DNA of 64,000 nucleotides from Thermoanaerobaculales bacterium (GCA_036351195.1 JAZBOQ010000241.1:4331-68330), one strand, 5' to 3'. Positions 29,275-38,013 are shown, numbered from the stretch's first letter. The notes: generated by a model not told the origin, from the sequence alone. A program made the numbers and translations.

Positions 29275-30618
29275 ATGCGATGGATTCCAGCCAGTCTTCT
29301 GATCACCCTCACCGCGGCCGGCGGAGCGTCCGCTCAGGTCCTCACAGTGGACCAGGCGGTCGCGGAGGCGCTCGTCGCCAACCCCGCGGTTCAGGCCGCA
29401 TCGGCCCGCGCCGAGGCCGGCCAGGCCCGCACCGGTCAGGCGAAGGGCCACCGGTGGGGCCGGCTCGATCTCGCCGAGACCTTCAGCTACACCGACAACC
29501 CGGCCGAGGTCTTCGCCATGACCCTCAACCAGGGAACCTTCGACTTCGATGAGTTCTTCACCTCGGATCCCAACACCCCCGACGGCCTCTCCACCTGGAT
29601 GACGACCCTCGACTTCACCCTGCCGGTCTACACCGGCGGTACGATCGGCACCCGGGTCGAGCAGGCGGAGTCCATGGCCGGGGCCGCGGTGGAGACCGCC
29701 CGCCACGCCGCCGAGCAGGCCGCCTTCGACACCAGCACCGCCTTCGTCAATCTCGCCAAGGCGAGGGAGAACGTCGAGCTGATGAGCAAGGCCCACCGCA
29801 CCACCACCGAGCACGTGGCGCTGGCCGAGCGCTACGCCGAGCAGGGCCTCATCCTCGCCGCCGACGTCCTCGAGGCCCGGGTCTACCTGTCGGAGATGGA
29901 CGAGTTGCTCGAGCAGGCGAAGAACGGCGCTCGACTCGCCGAGGCGGCGCTCAACTTCCACATGGGCGCTGACCAGAGCACCCCACGCACCCTCGCTCCC
30001 CTGCCCCAGCCCAGCGCCGTCTCGGGCGAGCTCGACGACTGGATCCAGGCGGCGGTGGACCGTCGCCACGACCTCTCGGCGGCGCGCCAACAGCTCGCCG
30101 CCGGCCGCCTCGAGACCAAGGCCGCGCGCGCCGGCTACCTGCCCGAGGTCGCCGTCGTCGGCCGCTACGGGCTCTACGACGATCAGATCTTCGGCTCCAA
30201 CGGCCACTCCGGTTCCATCATGGCGGTGGCCAAGATCAACCTCTTCGGCAGCATCGCCGACAGCAAGGCCAACCGCGCCGCCGAGCTCGACACCGTCGGC
30301 TTCGAGGCGGACATCCGCCGGTTCGAAGAGGGCGTTCGCCTCGAGGTCCGCCAGGCCTGGCAGGATCTCGCCACCGCCCGCGCTCGCCGCGCCACGGCCG
30401 AGGACGTCCTCGCCGCGGCCAACGAGGCGCTTCGGGTCCGGGAGCAGCGCTTCACCCAGGGCCTCGAACGGATGGTCGACCTGCTCGACGCCGAGACCGC
30501 TCTCCGCGAAGCCGAGACCCGCGCGCTCGTCGCCCGCTACGATGTCGCCCTGAGCACCTACCGGCTCCACTTCGTCTCTGGAGCGTCCCTCATTCCCGCC
30601 ACGGAGGAGTCCCGATGA
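29275..30618 (+). CDS. TolC-family outer-membrane efflux protein
   Basis: Signal peptide 'MRWIPASLLITLTAAGGASAQ'. Duplicated coiled-coil/beta repeat pattern typical of OEP proteins ('LTVDQAVAEALVANPAVQAA', 'LDDWIQAAVDRRHDLSAARQQL'). Confidence 0.85.
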   Translation: MRWIPASLLITLTAAGGASAQVLTVDQAVAEALVANPAVQAASARAEAGQARTGQAKGHRWGRLDLAETFSYTDNPAEVFAMTLNQGTFDFDEFFTSDPNTPDGLSTWMTTLDFTLPVYTGGTIGTRVEQAESMAGAAVETARHAAEQAAFDTSTAFVNLAKARENVELMSKAHRTTTEHVALAERYAEQGLILAADVLEARVYLSEMDELLEQAKNGARLAEAALNFHMGADQSTPRTLAPLPQPSAVSGELDDWIQAAVDRRHDLSAARQQLAAGRLETKAARAGYLPEVAVVGRYGLYDDQIFGSNGHSGSIMAVAKINLFGSIADSKANRAAELDTVGFEADIRRFEEGVRLEVRQAWQDLATARARRATAEDVLAAANEALRVREQRFTQGLERMVDLLDAETALREAETRALVARYDVALSTYRLHFVSGASLIPATEESR

Positions 30619-31697
30619 ACACCCGCCGCATCCTCACGACCGTCACCCTCGCCACCCTCAGCCTGACCGTGGTCGCCTGCGGTTCGCACGAGGCCGAGCT
30701 TGCCGAGGCTGAGCTCGCCCCGGTCACCGTCAGCATCCAACCGGTCGAACGCATCACCGACACCCAAGCCATCGAGGTCCGCGGCATCGTCCGGCCGGCC
30801 CGGGAGGCCTCCCTTTCGAGCCGGGTCATGGGGCCGGTGACCGCCGTCCACGTCGGCGCCGGAGATCACGTCGCCAAGGGGCAGACGCTCATCGAGATCC
30901 AGGCCGAAGCTTCCGACGGCCAGCTCGCCCAGGCCAGCGGTGCCCTCGCCCAGGCCACGGCCGCCCTCGCCCTGGCCGAGCGCAACTACCAGCGCTACCA
31001 GGCGTTGCACGCCGAGGCCGCCGCCTCGGACCTCGAGCTCGACATGGCCCGCATGCAGTACGACCAGGCCCGGGGCGCCGTCGTCCAGGCCGAAGGGGCG
31101 GTGCAGGCGGCCGACTCGGTGGCCGCCGAGTCGCTGGTGAAAGCGCCCTTCGCCGCCCGCGTGGTGAGAACAATGGTCGAGGCCGGCGACCTGGCCGCAC
31201 CGGGCCGGCCGCTGGTCCAGGTCGAATCCCGCGAGGGCCAGCAGATCTGGCTCGACGTCCGCGAGGCCGACATCCACCGCCTGACCGTCGGCGACGAGCT
31301 CGACGTCCGCCTCGACGCGCGGCCCGCTCTCGGCGCCGTCACCGGAACGGTCGCCGAGGTCGCCCCCTCGGCCGATCCGGCGACCCACACCTTCACGGTC
31401 AAGGTCGACCTCGGCGAGCTCCACATCCCCTCGGGGATGAGCGGCCGCGCGGCGATCCCCGGCGACGCCGGCGACCGCCTGCTGGCGCCGGCGTCGGCGG
31501 TCCACCGCCGCGGCGGGCTCGAGCTCGTCGTGGTCCGGGCCGACGACGGCAGCGCCCGCACCCGCGCCGTCACCACCGGCGCCGAGCTCGGCGAGGGCCG
31601 CATCGAAATCCTCTCCGGGCTCGACGAGGGCGACCAGGTCGCCGTCGACCTGGCGGCTCCCGTCGCCGACGGCACCCCGTTGGAGGTGATCCGATGA
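30615..31697 (+). CDS. Efflux RND periplasmic adaptor (membrane fusion protein), lipoprotein
   Basis: Lipobox 'LTVVAC'. HlyD-type lipoyl, hairpin and beta-barrel pattern ('VGAGDHVAKGQTLIEI', 'LVKAPFAARVV', 'DQVAV'). ATGA overlaps with both neighbours. Confidence 0.85.
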   Translation: MNTRRILTTVTLATLSLTVVACGSHEAELAEAELAPVTVSIQPVERITDTQAIEVRGIVRPAREASLSSRVMGPVTAVHVGAGDHVAKGQTLIEIQAEASDGQLAQASGALAQATAALALAERNYQRYQALHAEAAASDLELDMARMQYDQARGAVVQAEGAVQAADSVAAESLVKAPFAARVVRTMVEAGDLAAPGRPLVQVESREGQQIWLDVREADIHRLTVGDELDVRLDARPALGAVTGTVAEVAPSADPATHTFTVKVDLGELHIPSGMSGRAAIPGDAGDRLLAPASAVHRRGGLELVVVRADDGSARTRAVTTGAELGEGRIEILSGLDEGDQVAVDLAAPVADGTPLEVIR

Positions 31698-34600
31698 CCG
31701 ACGAAACCCCCACCGGTACGGCTTCCGGCGAGGGCAAGCCCACGCCGCTGGAGCTCGAGCAGGCGCGCCGGGAGGCGCTCCGGCTCAAGATGACCCGGCG
31801 CAAGCTCGGCCTGGCCGGCCGAGTCGGCCGCGCCTTCCTCGAGTCCAAACTGACCCCGCTCATCGTTGTCGGGTCCCTGCTCCTCGGCGCCTTCGCCATC
31901 ATGGTGACCCCCTCGGAGGAGGAGCCGCAGATCAAGGTGCCGATGATCGACGTCATGGTCGGCTTCCCCGGCGCCACCGCCGAGGAGATCGAGCACCGCG
32001 TCATCACACCCCTGGAGAAGCTCCTCTACGAGATCGAGAACGTCGAGTACATCTACTCCACGTCGCAGCCCTCCGGCGGCCTCATCGTCGTTCGCTTCCT
32101 GGTCGGCAGCGATCCCGACCGGGCGGCCAACCGGGTGCACACGAAGATCCTCTCGGCCATGGACGAGATGCCGGAGGGCCTCGCCCAGCCTCTGGTCAAG
32201 CCGCGCACCATCGACGACGTGCCCGTGGTCGCCTACACGCTGTGGAGCGAGACCGCCACCTCCACCGAGCTGCGCCGGGTCGCCGACGAGCTCAAGGTCG
32301 AGATCACCAAGCACCCCCGCGCCGCCCAGGTCTGGGTCACCGGCGGTCAACGCCGAGTGGTCCGGGCGGACTTCGACCGCGAGCGGCTGGCGTCGTACAA
32401 CGTCTCCCTGCTCCAGGCCTACCAGGCTCTGGAGAGCGCCAACCGGCGGCTTCCCGCCGGCGCCACCGCCGTCGCCAACACCGAGGTGCTCGTCGACGTC
32501 GGCGGCTTCCTCACCGACGCCGACGAAGTCGGCAACGTGGTGGTCGGCGCCTACGGCGGCCGGCCGGTCTACCTCAAGGACGTCGCCACCATCACCGACG
32601 GGCCCGAGGAACCGAGCTCCTACGTCTGGCTCGGAACCGGCCCCGGCGCGCCGGAGAAGGGCATCGAACGCGCGGGGCTCGACCTCCCGGCGGTGACCGT
32701 CTCGGTGGCCAAGAAGCCCGGCACCAACGCCGTGGACATGGTCCACGATCTCGACCGGGTCCTGGCCCGGCTCGAGGGGCGGATCATCCCCTCCGACGTC
32801 GAGCTGCTCAAGACCCGCGACTACGGCGAGACGGCAAAGGAGAAGTCCGACGAGCTCCTGACCCACCTGTGGTCGGCGACCCTGGCGGTGATCCTGCTGA
32901 TGTGGATCACCCTGTCGCGGCGCGAGGCCGTCGTCGTCGCCGTGGTCATCCCGGTGACCCTGGCGCTGACCCTGGCAGCCTCCTACTTCTTCGGCTACAC
33001 CCTGAACCGGGTCAGCCTCTTCGCGCTGGTCTTCTCCATCGGTATCCTGGTCGACGACGCCATCGTCGTCGTCGAGAACATCCACCGCCACATCAAGCTG
33101 CGCTGGGGCAAGATCAAGCAGGCCACCGTCTACGCGGTGGACGAGGTCGGCAACCCGACGATCCTCGCCACCTTCGCCATCATCTCGGCGCTGCTGCCGC
33201 TGGCCTTCGTCCGCGGCCTCATGGGCCCCTACATGCGGCCCATCCCGATCAACGCCTCGGCGGCGATGCTCTTCTCGCTGGGCGTCGCCTTCACCATCTC
33301 TCCCTGGCTCGCCTACCGGCTGTTCAAGAAAGAGGCCGAGTCGGCGGAGCTCGACAAGGACAGCCCCCCCGAGGACACCGGGCTGCCCGAGGAGGGGCGG
33401 ATCTCGCGCCTCTACGGCGCCGCCATGCGGCCCCTGATCCGCTCGGGCATCTGGCGCACCGTCTTCCTCGCCGGCGTCGCCCTGCTGCTCGTCGCGGCCA
33501 TGGCCACCGTCGGCGTCGGCTTCACCACCGTCAAGATGCTGCCCCACGACAACAAGTCCGAGCTCCAGGTGGTCATCGACGCTCCCGAGGGCTTCACCCT
33601 CGAGCAGACCAACGCCGCGGCGCGCGAGATCGCCGGCGTCTTTCGCAGCATGCCGGAGGTCACGGACTACCAGGTCTACGTCGGCACCTCGGCGCCGTTC
33701 AACTTCAACGGTCTCGTCCGGCACTACTTCCTGCGCTCGGGCGCCAACGTCGCCGACATCCAGGTCAACTTCGTCCACAAAGAAAAGCGAGACCTCCAGT
33801 CCCACGACCTCGCCAAGAAAGTCCGCGAGATGATCGTCCCCGTCGCCGAGCCCCTCGGGGTCACCCTCAAGGTCACCGAGATCCCGCCGGGGCCGCCCGT
33901 GATGTCGACCCTGGTGGCCGAGGTCTACGGCCCGACCCTGGACGGCCGCCTCAAGGTCGCCGAGCAGGTCAAGGAGGTCTTCGCGACCACCGACGGCGTC
34001 GTCGACGTCGACTGGGAGGTCGAGGCCGTCGGCCCCAAGCTCGACGTCGTCATCGATCGCGAGAAGGCCATCCGCGCCGGCGTCACCGTCGAGCAGGTGG
34101 CGCGGACCGTCCGGGTCGCCCTGTCGGGCGCCGACGCCGGACTGCTGCACGCGCCCACCAGCCGCGAGCCGGTGCCCATCCGGCTGCGCCTCGACCGCGC
34201 CCAGCGGGCCCACATCGACGACCTCCTGCAGCTCTCGGTGCACGGCGCCGGCGGCCGCATGGTGCCGTTGTCGGAGATCGCCCACGTCGAGGACGTCCAG
34301 CGCGAACGCAACCGCTACCACAAGAACCTGCAGCCGGTGACCTACGTCTACGGCGAGGTCGCCAACCGATTCGAGGCGCCGGTCTACGCCATCTTCGAGA
34401 TGCAGCAGCGGCTCGAGGAGATCCTCACCCCCCACGGCGAGCCGCTCGAGATCATCGCCACCACCCTGCCCGAGGACTCCACCCGCTACATCATGAAGTG
34501 GGACGGTGAGTGGCACATCACCTACGAGGTCTTCCGCGACATGGGCATCGCCTTCGCGGTGGTGATGGTGCTCATCTACGTCCTCATGGTGGGCTGGTTC

Positions 34601-35035
34601 AAGAGCTTCATCACCCCGGTGATCATCATGGTGCCGATTCCGCTGACCCTGGTGGGCATCCTGCCAGCGCACGGCATCTTCTCGGTCTTCTTCACCGCCA
34701 CCTCGATGATCGGCTTCATCGCCCTGGCCGGGATCATCGTCCGCAACTCGATCCTGCTGGTGGACTTCATCAACCTCGAGCTCAGAGCCGGCGAGCCTCT
34801 CGAGGAGGCGGTGGTCAAGGCCGGCGGCGTGCGGTTGGTGCCGATTCTGCTGACCCAGCTGTCCACCATCGCGGGCGCCTCGTTCATGCTCTCCGACCCG
34901 ATCTTCCAGGGCCTCGCCCTGGCCATGATCTCGGGAATCATCGTCTCCACCGCGCTGACCGTCGGGGTCATCCCGGTGCTCTACTTCATGTACCTGAAAA
35001 CGGTTGGTGTTGAAAACGTTGTCGAAATCGACTGA
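31694..35035 (+). CDS. RND-superfamily efflux permease (AcrB/CzcA-like)
   Basis: 1113 aa with a 12-TM, two-large-loop architecture. 'SIGILVDDAIVVVENI' and 'GIIVRNSILLVDF' are RND signature helices. Confidence 0.9.
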   Translation: MTDETPTGTASGEGKPTPLELEQARREALRLKMTRRKLGLAGRVGRAFLESKLTPLIVVGSLLLGAFAIMVTPSEEEPQIKVPMIDVMVGFPGATAEEIEHRVITPLEKLLYEIENVEYIYSTSQPSGGLIVVRFLVGSDPDRAANRVHTKILSAMDEMPEGLAQPLVKPRTIDDVPVVAYTLWSETATSTELRRVADELKVEITKHPRAAQVWVTGGQRRVVRADFDRERLASYNVSLLQAYQALESANRRLPAGATAVANTEVLVDVGGFLTDADEVGNVVVGAYGGRPVYLKDVATITDGPEEPSSYVWLGTGPGAPEKGIERAGLDLPAVTVSVAKKPGTNAVDMVHDLDRVLARLEGRIIPSDVELLKTRDYGETAKEKSDELLTHLWSATLAVILLMWITLSRREAVVVAVVIPVTLALTLAASYFFGYTLNRVSLFALVFSIGILVDDAIVVVENIHRHIKLRWGKIKQATVYAVDEVGNPTILATFAIISALLPLAFVRGLMGPYMRPIPINASAAMLFSLGVAFTISPWLAYRLFKKEAESAELDKDSPPEDTGLPEEGRISRLYGAAMRPLIRSGIWRTVFLAGVALLLVAAMATVGVGFTTVKMLPHDNKSELQVVIDAPEGFTLEQTNAAAREIAGVFRSMPEVTDYQVYVGTSAPFNFNGLVRHYFLRSGANVADIQVNFVHKEKRDLQSHDLAKKVREMIVPVAEPLGVTLKVTEIPPGPPVMSTLVAEVYGPTLDGRLKVAEQVKEVFATTDGVVDVDWEVEAVGPKLDVVIDREKAIRAGVTVEQVARTVRVALSGADAGLLHAPTSREPVPIRLRLDRAQRAHIDDLLQLSVHGAGGRMVPLSEIAHVEDVQRERNRYHKNLQPVTYVYGEVANRFEAPVYAIFEMQQRLEEILTPHGEPLEIIATTLPEDSTRYIMKWDGEWHITYEVFRDMGIAFAVVMVLIYVLMVGWFKSFITPVIIMVPIPLTLVGILPAHGIFSVFFTATSMIGFIALAGIIVRNSILLVDFINLELRAGEPLEEAVVKAGGVRLVPILLTQLSTIAGASFMLSDPIFQGLALAMISGIIVSTALTVGVIPVLYFMYLKTVGVENVVEID

Positions 35036-35037
35036 TC

Positions 35038-35086
35038 TTCTTTTTCTGGCCTCCCTTTCGCGGCGAAATGGAGGCCAGAAAAAGAA
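35038..35086. repeat. Very strong hairpin directly after the RND stop codon
   Basis: 'TTCTTTTTCTGGCCTCC' (35038-35054) pairs perfectly with 'GGAGGCCAGAAAAAGAA' (35070-35086). Inner 'tttcg/cgaaa' pairs extend the stem to about 22 bp with one mismatch. Loop is CGG. Confidence 0.7.
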
Positions 35087-35109
35087 AATGAAGAATGGAG
35101 AACATCGCA

Positions 35110-35301
35110 ATGACTGTCAATGAAGCTTTGAGAGCCATGGCCGGCATCGTCGTGCTGCTCACCCTCGCCCTGGGCACCTGGGTGAGCCCCTACTGGTATC
35201 TGTTCACCGCCTTTGTCGGCGTCAACCTGCTGCAGTCCGCCTTCACCCGCTGGTGCCCGGCGATGACGATTTTCAGGAAGCTCGGATTGAAAGAAGGTTG
35301 A
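35110..35301 (+). CDS. DUF2892 (YgaP transmembrane-domain-like) small membrane protein
   Basis: 'RAMAGIVVLLTLALGTWVSPYWYLFTAFVGVNLLQSAFTRWCPAMTIFRKLG' shows two TM helices and the conserved C-P motif. GGAGA lies 8 nt before ATG 35110. ATG 35095 is also in frame. Confidence 0.7.
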   Translation: MTVNEALRAMAGIVVLLTLALGTWVSPYWYLFTAFVGVNLLQSAFTRWCPAMTIFRKLGLKEG

Positions 35302-35305
35302 GCGG

Positions 35306-35393
35306 GTTAGAAAGTGAGAAAGCGAGAAGGTAAGAAGGTCGACGCACACCGATGACACCTTCTAACTTTCTAACCTTCTGACTTTCTAACTTC
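35306..35393. repeat. Palindromic TTCTAAC-repeat element (same family as 3494-3742)
   Basis: 'gttagaaagtgagaaagcgagaaggtaagaaggt' ... 'accttctaactttctaaccttctgactttctaac'. The arms are roughly complementary and are built from reiterated 7-9-mers. Confidence 0.6.
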
Positions 35394-35426
35394 TGCTCCT
35401 TGTAACCAACCACCCACGGAGGACAC

Positions 35427-35711
35427 ATGAAGCTTCTGATGATCATCGTCGAGAGCCACTGCCGGGAGGAGCTGGAGGTGCTGTTGCAGCGCAAAGGCAT
35501 CACCGGCTACACCGAGATCCCCGGCGCCCACGGTGTCGGCGCCAGTGGTGTCCGCATGGGCTCGCGCGCCCACCCGGACACCTCGTCCATCTTCTTCACC
35601 GTGGTCGACGAAGAACAGATCGGTGATCTCAAAGAGTCCATCTGCTCGTTCTGCGATGCCGCCGAGAAGAAGATGCACATGATTCAGTGGGCGGTCGAAG
35701 AGGTTGTCTAG
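35427..35711 (+). CDS. P-II-fold small protein (GlnB/CutA/DUF3240-like), transporter-associated
   Basis: 'MKLLMIIVESHCREELEVLLQRKGITGYTEIPGAHGVGASG..' follows the P-II beta-alpha-beta plus T-loop pattern. The second half, 'IFFTVVDEEQIGDLKESI', fits as well. Contains a 'CSFC' motif. GGAGGA SD. The stop codon lies in the loop of a 9-bp hairpin (35700-35721). Confidence 0.6.
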   Translation: MKLLMIIVESHCREELEVLLQRKGITGYTEIPGAHGVGASGVRMGSRAHPDTSSIFFTVVDEEQIGDLKESICSFCDAAEKKMHMIQWAVEEVV

Positions 35712-35724
35712 CGACAACCTCCGA

Positions 35725-35828
35725 GGTATTAGGTGTTAGGTATTGGGTGCTCGCTCATCGCAAGCTCTCCGGGCGCGCACCGCAGTACCTGCGACGGACC
35801 TAATACCTAAGTGCTAATACCTAATACC
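35725..35828. repeat. Palindromic element with AATACCTA-repeat arms
   Basis: 'ggtattaggtgttaggtattgggt' (35725-35748) and 'acctaatacctaagtgctaatacctaatacc' (35798-35828). Same architecture as the TTCTAAC elements but a different oligomer. Confidence 0.55.
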
Positions 35829-35860
35829 TTTGGATACACATGACCAGGAGAAGAACCCTT

Positions 35861-35950
35861 ATGAACGACGTCTTGATGATCCTCGGATTTATCGTGGTGT
35901 GGGTGGCGCTGCAGTACGTCATCCTGCCCAAGCTCGGTGTCGGCACGTGA
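35861..35950 (+). CDS. Tiny membrane ORF (29 aa to TGA); possible UGA read-through to TAG 36035-36037 (58 codons including the recoded UGA)
   Basis: AGGAGA lies 9 nt before the ATG. 'MNDVLMILGFIVVWVALQYVILPKLGVGT[TGA]AVPNPRTGGSGCSIERPDSGKPESDPSS*'. An 8-bp hairpin begins 16 nt after the TGA. An intrinsic-terminator-like structure covers the distal stop. Confidence 0.4.
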   Translation: MNDVLMILGFIVVWVALQYVILPKLGVGT

Positions 35951-35963
35951 GCCGTGCCCAACC

Positions 35964-35982
35964 CCCGAACCGGCGGTTCGGG
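35964..35982 (+). promoter_or_regulatory. SECIS-like hairpin after the mini-ORF UGA
   Basis: CCCGAACC (35964-35971) / GGTTCGGG (35975-35982) with loop GGC. The loop starts 24 nt after the U of the UGA, the same spacing as in the peroxiredoxin gene. No U-tract follows, so it does not look like a terminator. Confidence 0.35.
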
Positions 35983-35999
35983 ATGCAGCATTGAAAGGC

Positions 36000-36052
36000 C
36001 CGATTCCGGCAAGCCGGAATCGGACCCGAGTTCTTAGTTTTGATTTCTTTTT
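36000..36052 (+). terminator. Intrinsic terminator-like hairpin plus T-rich tract
   Basis: 'CCGATTCCGG caag CCGGAATCGG' (36000-36023), followed by 'acccgagTTCTTAGTTTTGATTTCTTTTT'. Confidence 0.6.
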
Positions 36053-36103
36053 GAGTTCCATCGCAAGCTTCGAGGTTTGACGGGATCGTTCACCCGCGGG
36101 GGA

Positions 36104-36275
36104 CCCTTCGACGCGGCGACCTCGGAGGTCGCCTTGCTCAGGGTGACAGGAAGCTTGTTGCCATCCTGAGCACCGTCACGCCGCTCCTCCGCGCCCAATC
36201 CCAAAAGGACAATGCCACCAAGAACCTGTCATCCTGAGCGGAGCGGCCGCCGCGGCCGCGGAGTCGAAGGATCTC
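36104..36275. repeat. Inverted pair of 'GTCATCCTGAGCG...GAGTCGAAGG'-type repeat units
   Basis: Left unit 'cccttcgacgcggcgacctcggaggtcgccttgctcagggtgaca' is the inverse of right unit 'tgtcatcctgagcggagcggccgccgcggccgcggagtcgaaggatctc'. This unit type recurs as intergenic repeats in many bacterial genomes. Confidence 0.55.
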
Positions 36276-36317
36276 AGGAGGGTGCGCCATCGCCCCCGAG
36301 CTGGATCACCTGCGATG

Positions 36318-36400
36318 AAACTCATCACTCAAAACTCATAACTTAAAAATCTGGATCATCCCGCCATTTGCGGGATGATCCAAAACCAAGAACTCTTAAC
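36318..36400. repeat. AACTCAT-flanked hairpin element, copy 1 (family with 60524-60599)
   Basis: 'aaactcatcactcaaaactcataactta', then the hairpin 'GGATCATCCCGCCATTTGCGGGATGATCC' (36353-36381), then 'aaaaccaagaactcttaac'. Lies just downstream of the stop of the minus-strand GWxTD gene. Confidence 0.7.
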
Positions 36401-36413
36401 GGCCGCGAAGTCC

Positions 36414-37883
36414 TTATTCGACCGTGACATCGAGCTCCAGATCGTGCTCGATGGACACGCCCGAGACCTTGTCCGTCACCTTGAACTCGAACTTGTAGGA
36501 GCCGGTCTCCGGCAGGACGCCCAGATTGATGTCGTTGGCGTAGATGTAGAGATCGTTGACGATGGCCTTCACCGGCAGCGTCATGGTCAGCGGCCGGCCG
36601 AGGCGCTGGGTGCCGCGCTTGAGGGTCACCCTGACCTCGATCTCGGGCTCGCCGGCGTCGTTGAGCCCCGGGCGGATGATGTGGCCCAGGTACGAGACCA
36701 CCGCCGTGTTTGGAAGCTCGAAGGTTGCCAGCGGCATGGCGTGTAGCGGCCCGAAAGCGAAGGGTGATCCGAGCTGCCACGTCTCTTCCGGCGTCACCGC
36801 GAGCCCGAAGGTGATCGGCGTCATCCAGGTGCCCTCGACGGGCGCCGCAGCCACCACGACCTCGTCCGACCACACGATCTGGGCGGCGCCGTCCGCGGCC
36901 CCGGCGACCTCCACCGTATAGGTTCCTGCTGCGAGGGGAAAGGTCAGGTGGTAGGCGGTGCCGGTGGGCGCCTTCAAGGCGTCGGCCGCGATCTGGAAGG
37001 TGCTCGCCACCTCTCCGTCGGCGGCGCTCACCCGTCCCGCCAGAACATCGAGATTCGGGGCGTCGGCCGGCAGCTCGAGGTGGAGCCAGAAGGGCCGATT
37101 ATTCGGATCTGCAACCCCCACCATGGACACCACCCGAAGCTGCTCGTTCAGGGGCGCACTGTCGGCGTCGAGCCAGGCGAGCTGGGCCGCCGTCGGCGCC
37201 TCACCCCCGGGAACCGAGACCGGTTTCGGGACCTCAGTCAAATCCGGGTGGAGAAGGTAGACCTCGGGCGCCCGGGACATGGCGCGAAGAGCCATGGTTG
37301 CATCCTGGTGCGACCGATCGAGGGTGAAGTTGTTGGACTCGGGCTTTTCTTCGTAGAAGGTGAAGATCAGGCGCGATCCCTTGGCCTTGAATTTCTCGGG
37401 GAGCTGCTGGGGGTCGTAAAACCACAGCTTGGCGTTGGCGCGCACCTCGTCAGTACCCACCGCCAGGTCGTCGATGCGCTGAACGGTCTCGGTGGGGAAC
37501 CGGTTCTCCGAATAGTGCGGTGCGCCCATGAGGATCAGCACGCGGCCGCGATCGGTGAGTGCGCCGCGCCGCTTCTCCCAGCTGTACTGCTCGTCGGCGT
37601 AGCGAACCTTGTTCTCGAAGTCGGCCTTGAAGGGGTTGAAGGCGCCGGTGGGATCCGGGTTCCGCCTGGCCCAGAAGAGGTCGATAAAGGCCTTGGCCTG
37701 GGCCTCGGTGGTGATCTTCTTCCACTCTTTCTTCTCGTCCTTGGTCAGGAGGTAGCCGGCGGGGCTCTCGTCCCACTCGAGCAAATTCTCGGTCTCGGCG
37801 GCGCCTCCCTCCTGGGCGAACACTCCCGGGACCGTGCACAGGGCGAGAATCAATCCGGTGACGATGAAGAGTCGAGAACGCAT
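36414..37883 (-). CDS. GWxTD-domain secreted protein
   Basis: Signal peptide 'MRSRLFIVTGLILALCTVPGVFAQ'. 'FWARRNPDP....F..R..YADEQY' and 'RRGALTDRGRVLILMGAPH' correspond to the GWxTD domain signature (W replaced by A here). Confidence 0.7.
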   Translation of the reverse strand: MRSRLFIVTGLILALCTVPGVFAQEGGAAETENLLEWDESPAGYLLTKDEKKEWKKITTEAQAKAFIDLFWARRNPDPTGAFNPFKADFENKVRYADEQYSWEKRRGALTDRGRVLILMGAPHYSENRFPTETVQRIDDLAVGTDEVRANAKLWFYDPQQLPEKFKAKGSRLIFTFYEEKPESNNFTLDRSHQDATMALRAMSRAPEVYLLHPDLTEVPKPVSVPGGEAPTAAQLAWLDADSAPLNEQLRVVSMVGVADPNNRPFWLHLELPADAPNLDVLAGRVSAADGEVASTFQIAADALKAPTGTAYHLTFPLAAGTYTVEVAGAADGAAQIVWSDEVVVAAAPVEGTWMTPITFGLAVTPEETWQLGSPFAFGPLHAMPLATFELPNTAVVSYLGHIIRPGLNDAGEPEIEVRVTLKRGTQRLGRPLTMTLPVKAIVNDLYIYANDINLGVLPETGSYKFEFKVTDKVSGVSIEHDLELDVTVE

Positions 37884-38013
37884 AGCTGCCTCCAAGCACA
37901 CAAAATCGGCGCCCTATGGTACGGCGTCCGCCGGCGCGTCTCAAGGGTTGGAGCTCAGCGCAGCCAGGCTTCTCCGCCGTCGACGCAGCGCGACCGCGCC
38001 ACCGCGCACCCGC

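Noticed and set aside
35807-36061. 84-aa minus-strand ORF overlapping the mini-ORF and terminator region.
   Set aside because: It has no SD and a basic low-complexity start (MELKKKSKLRTRVRFR). It runs antisense through two hairpins. The plus-strand ORF has a far better translation-initiation context.
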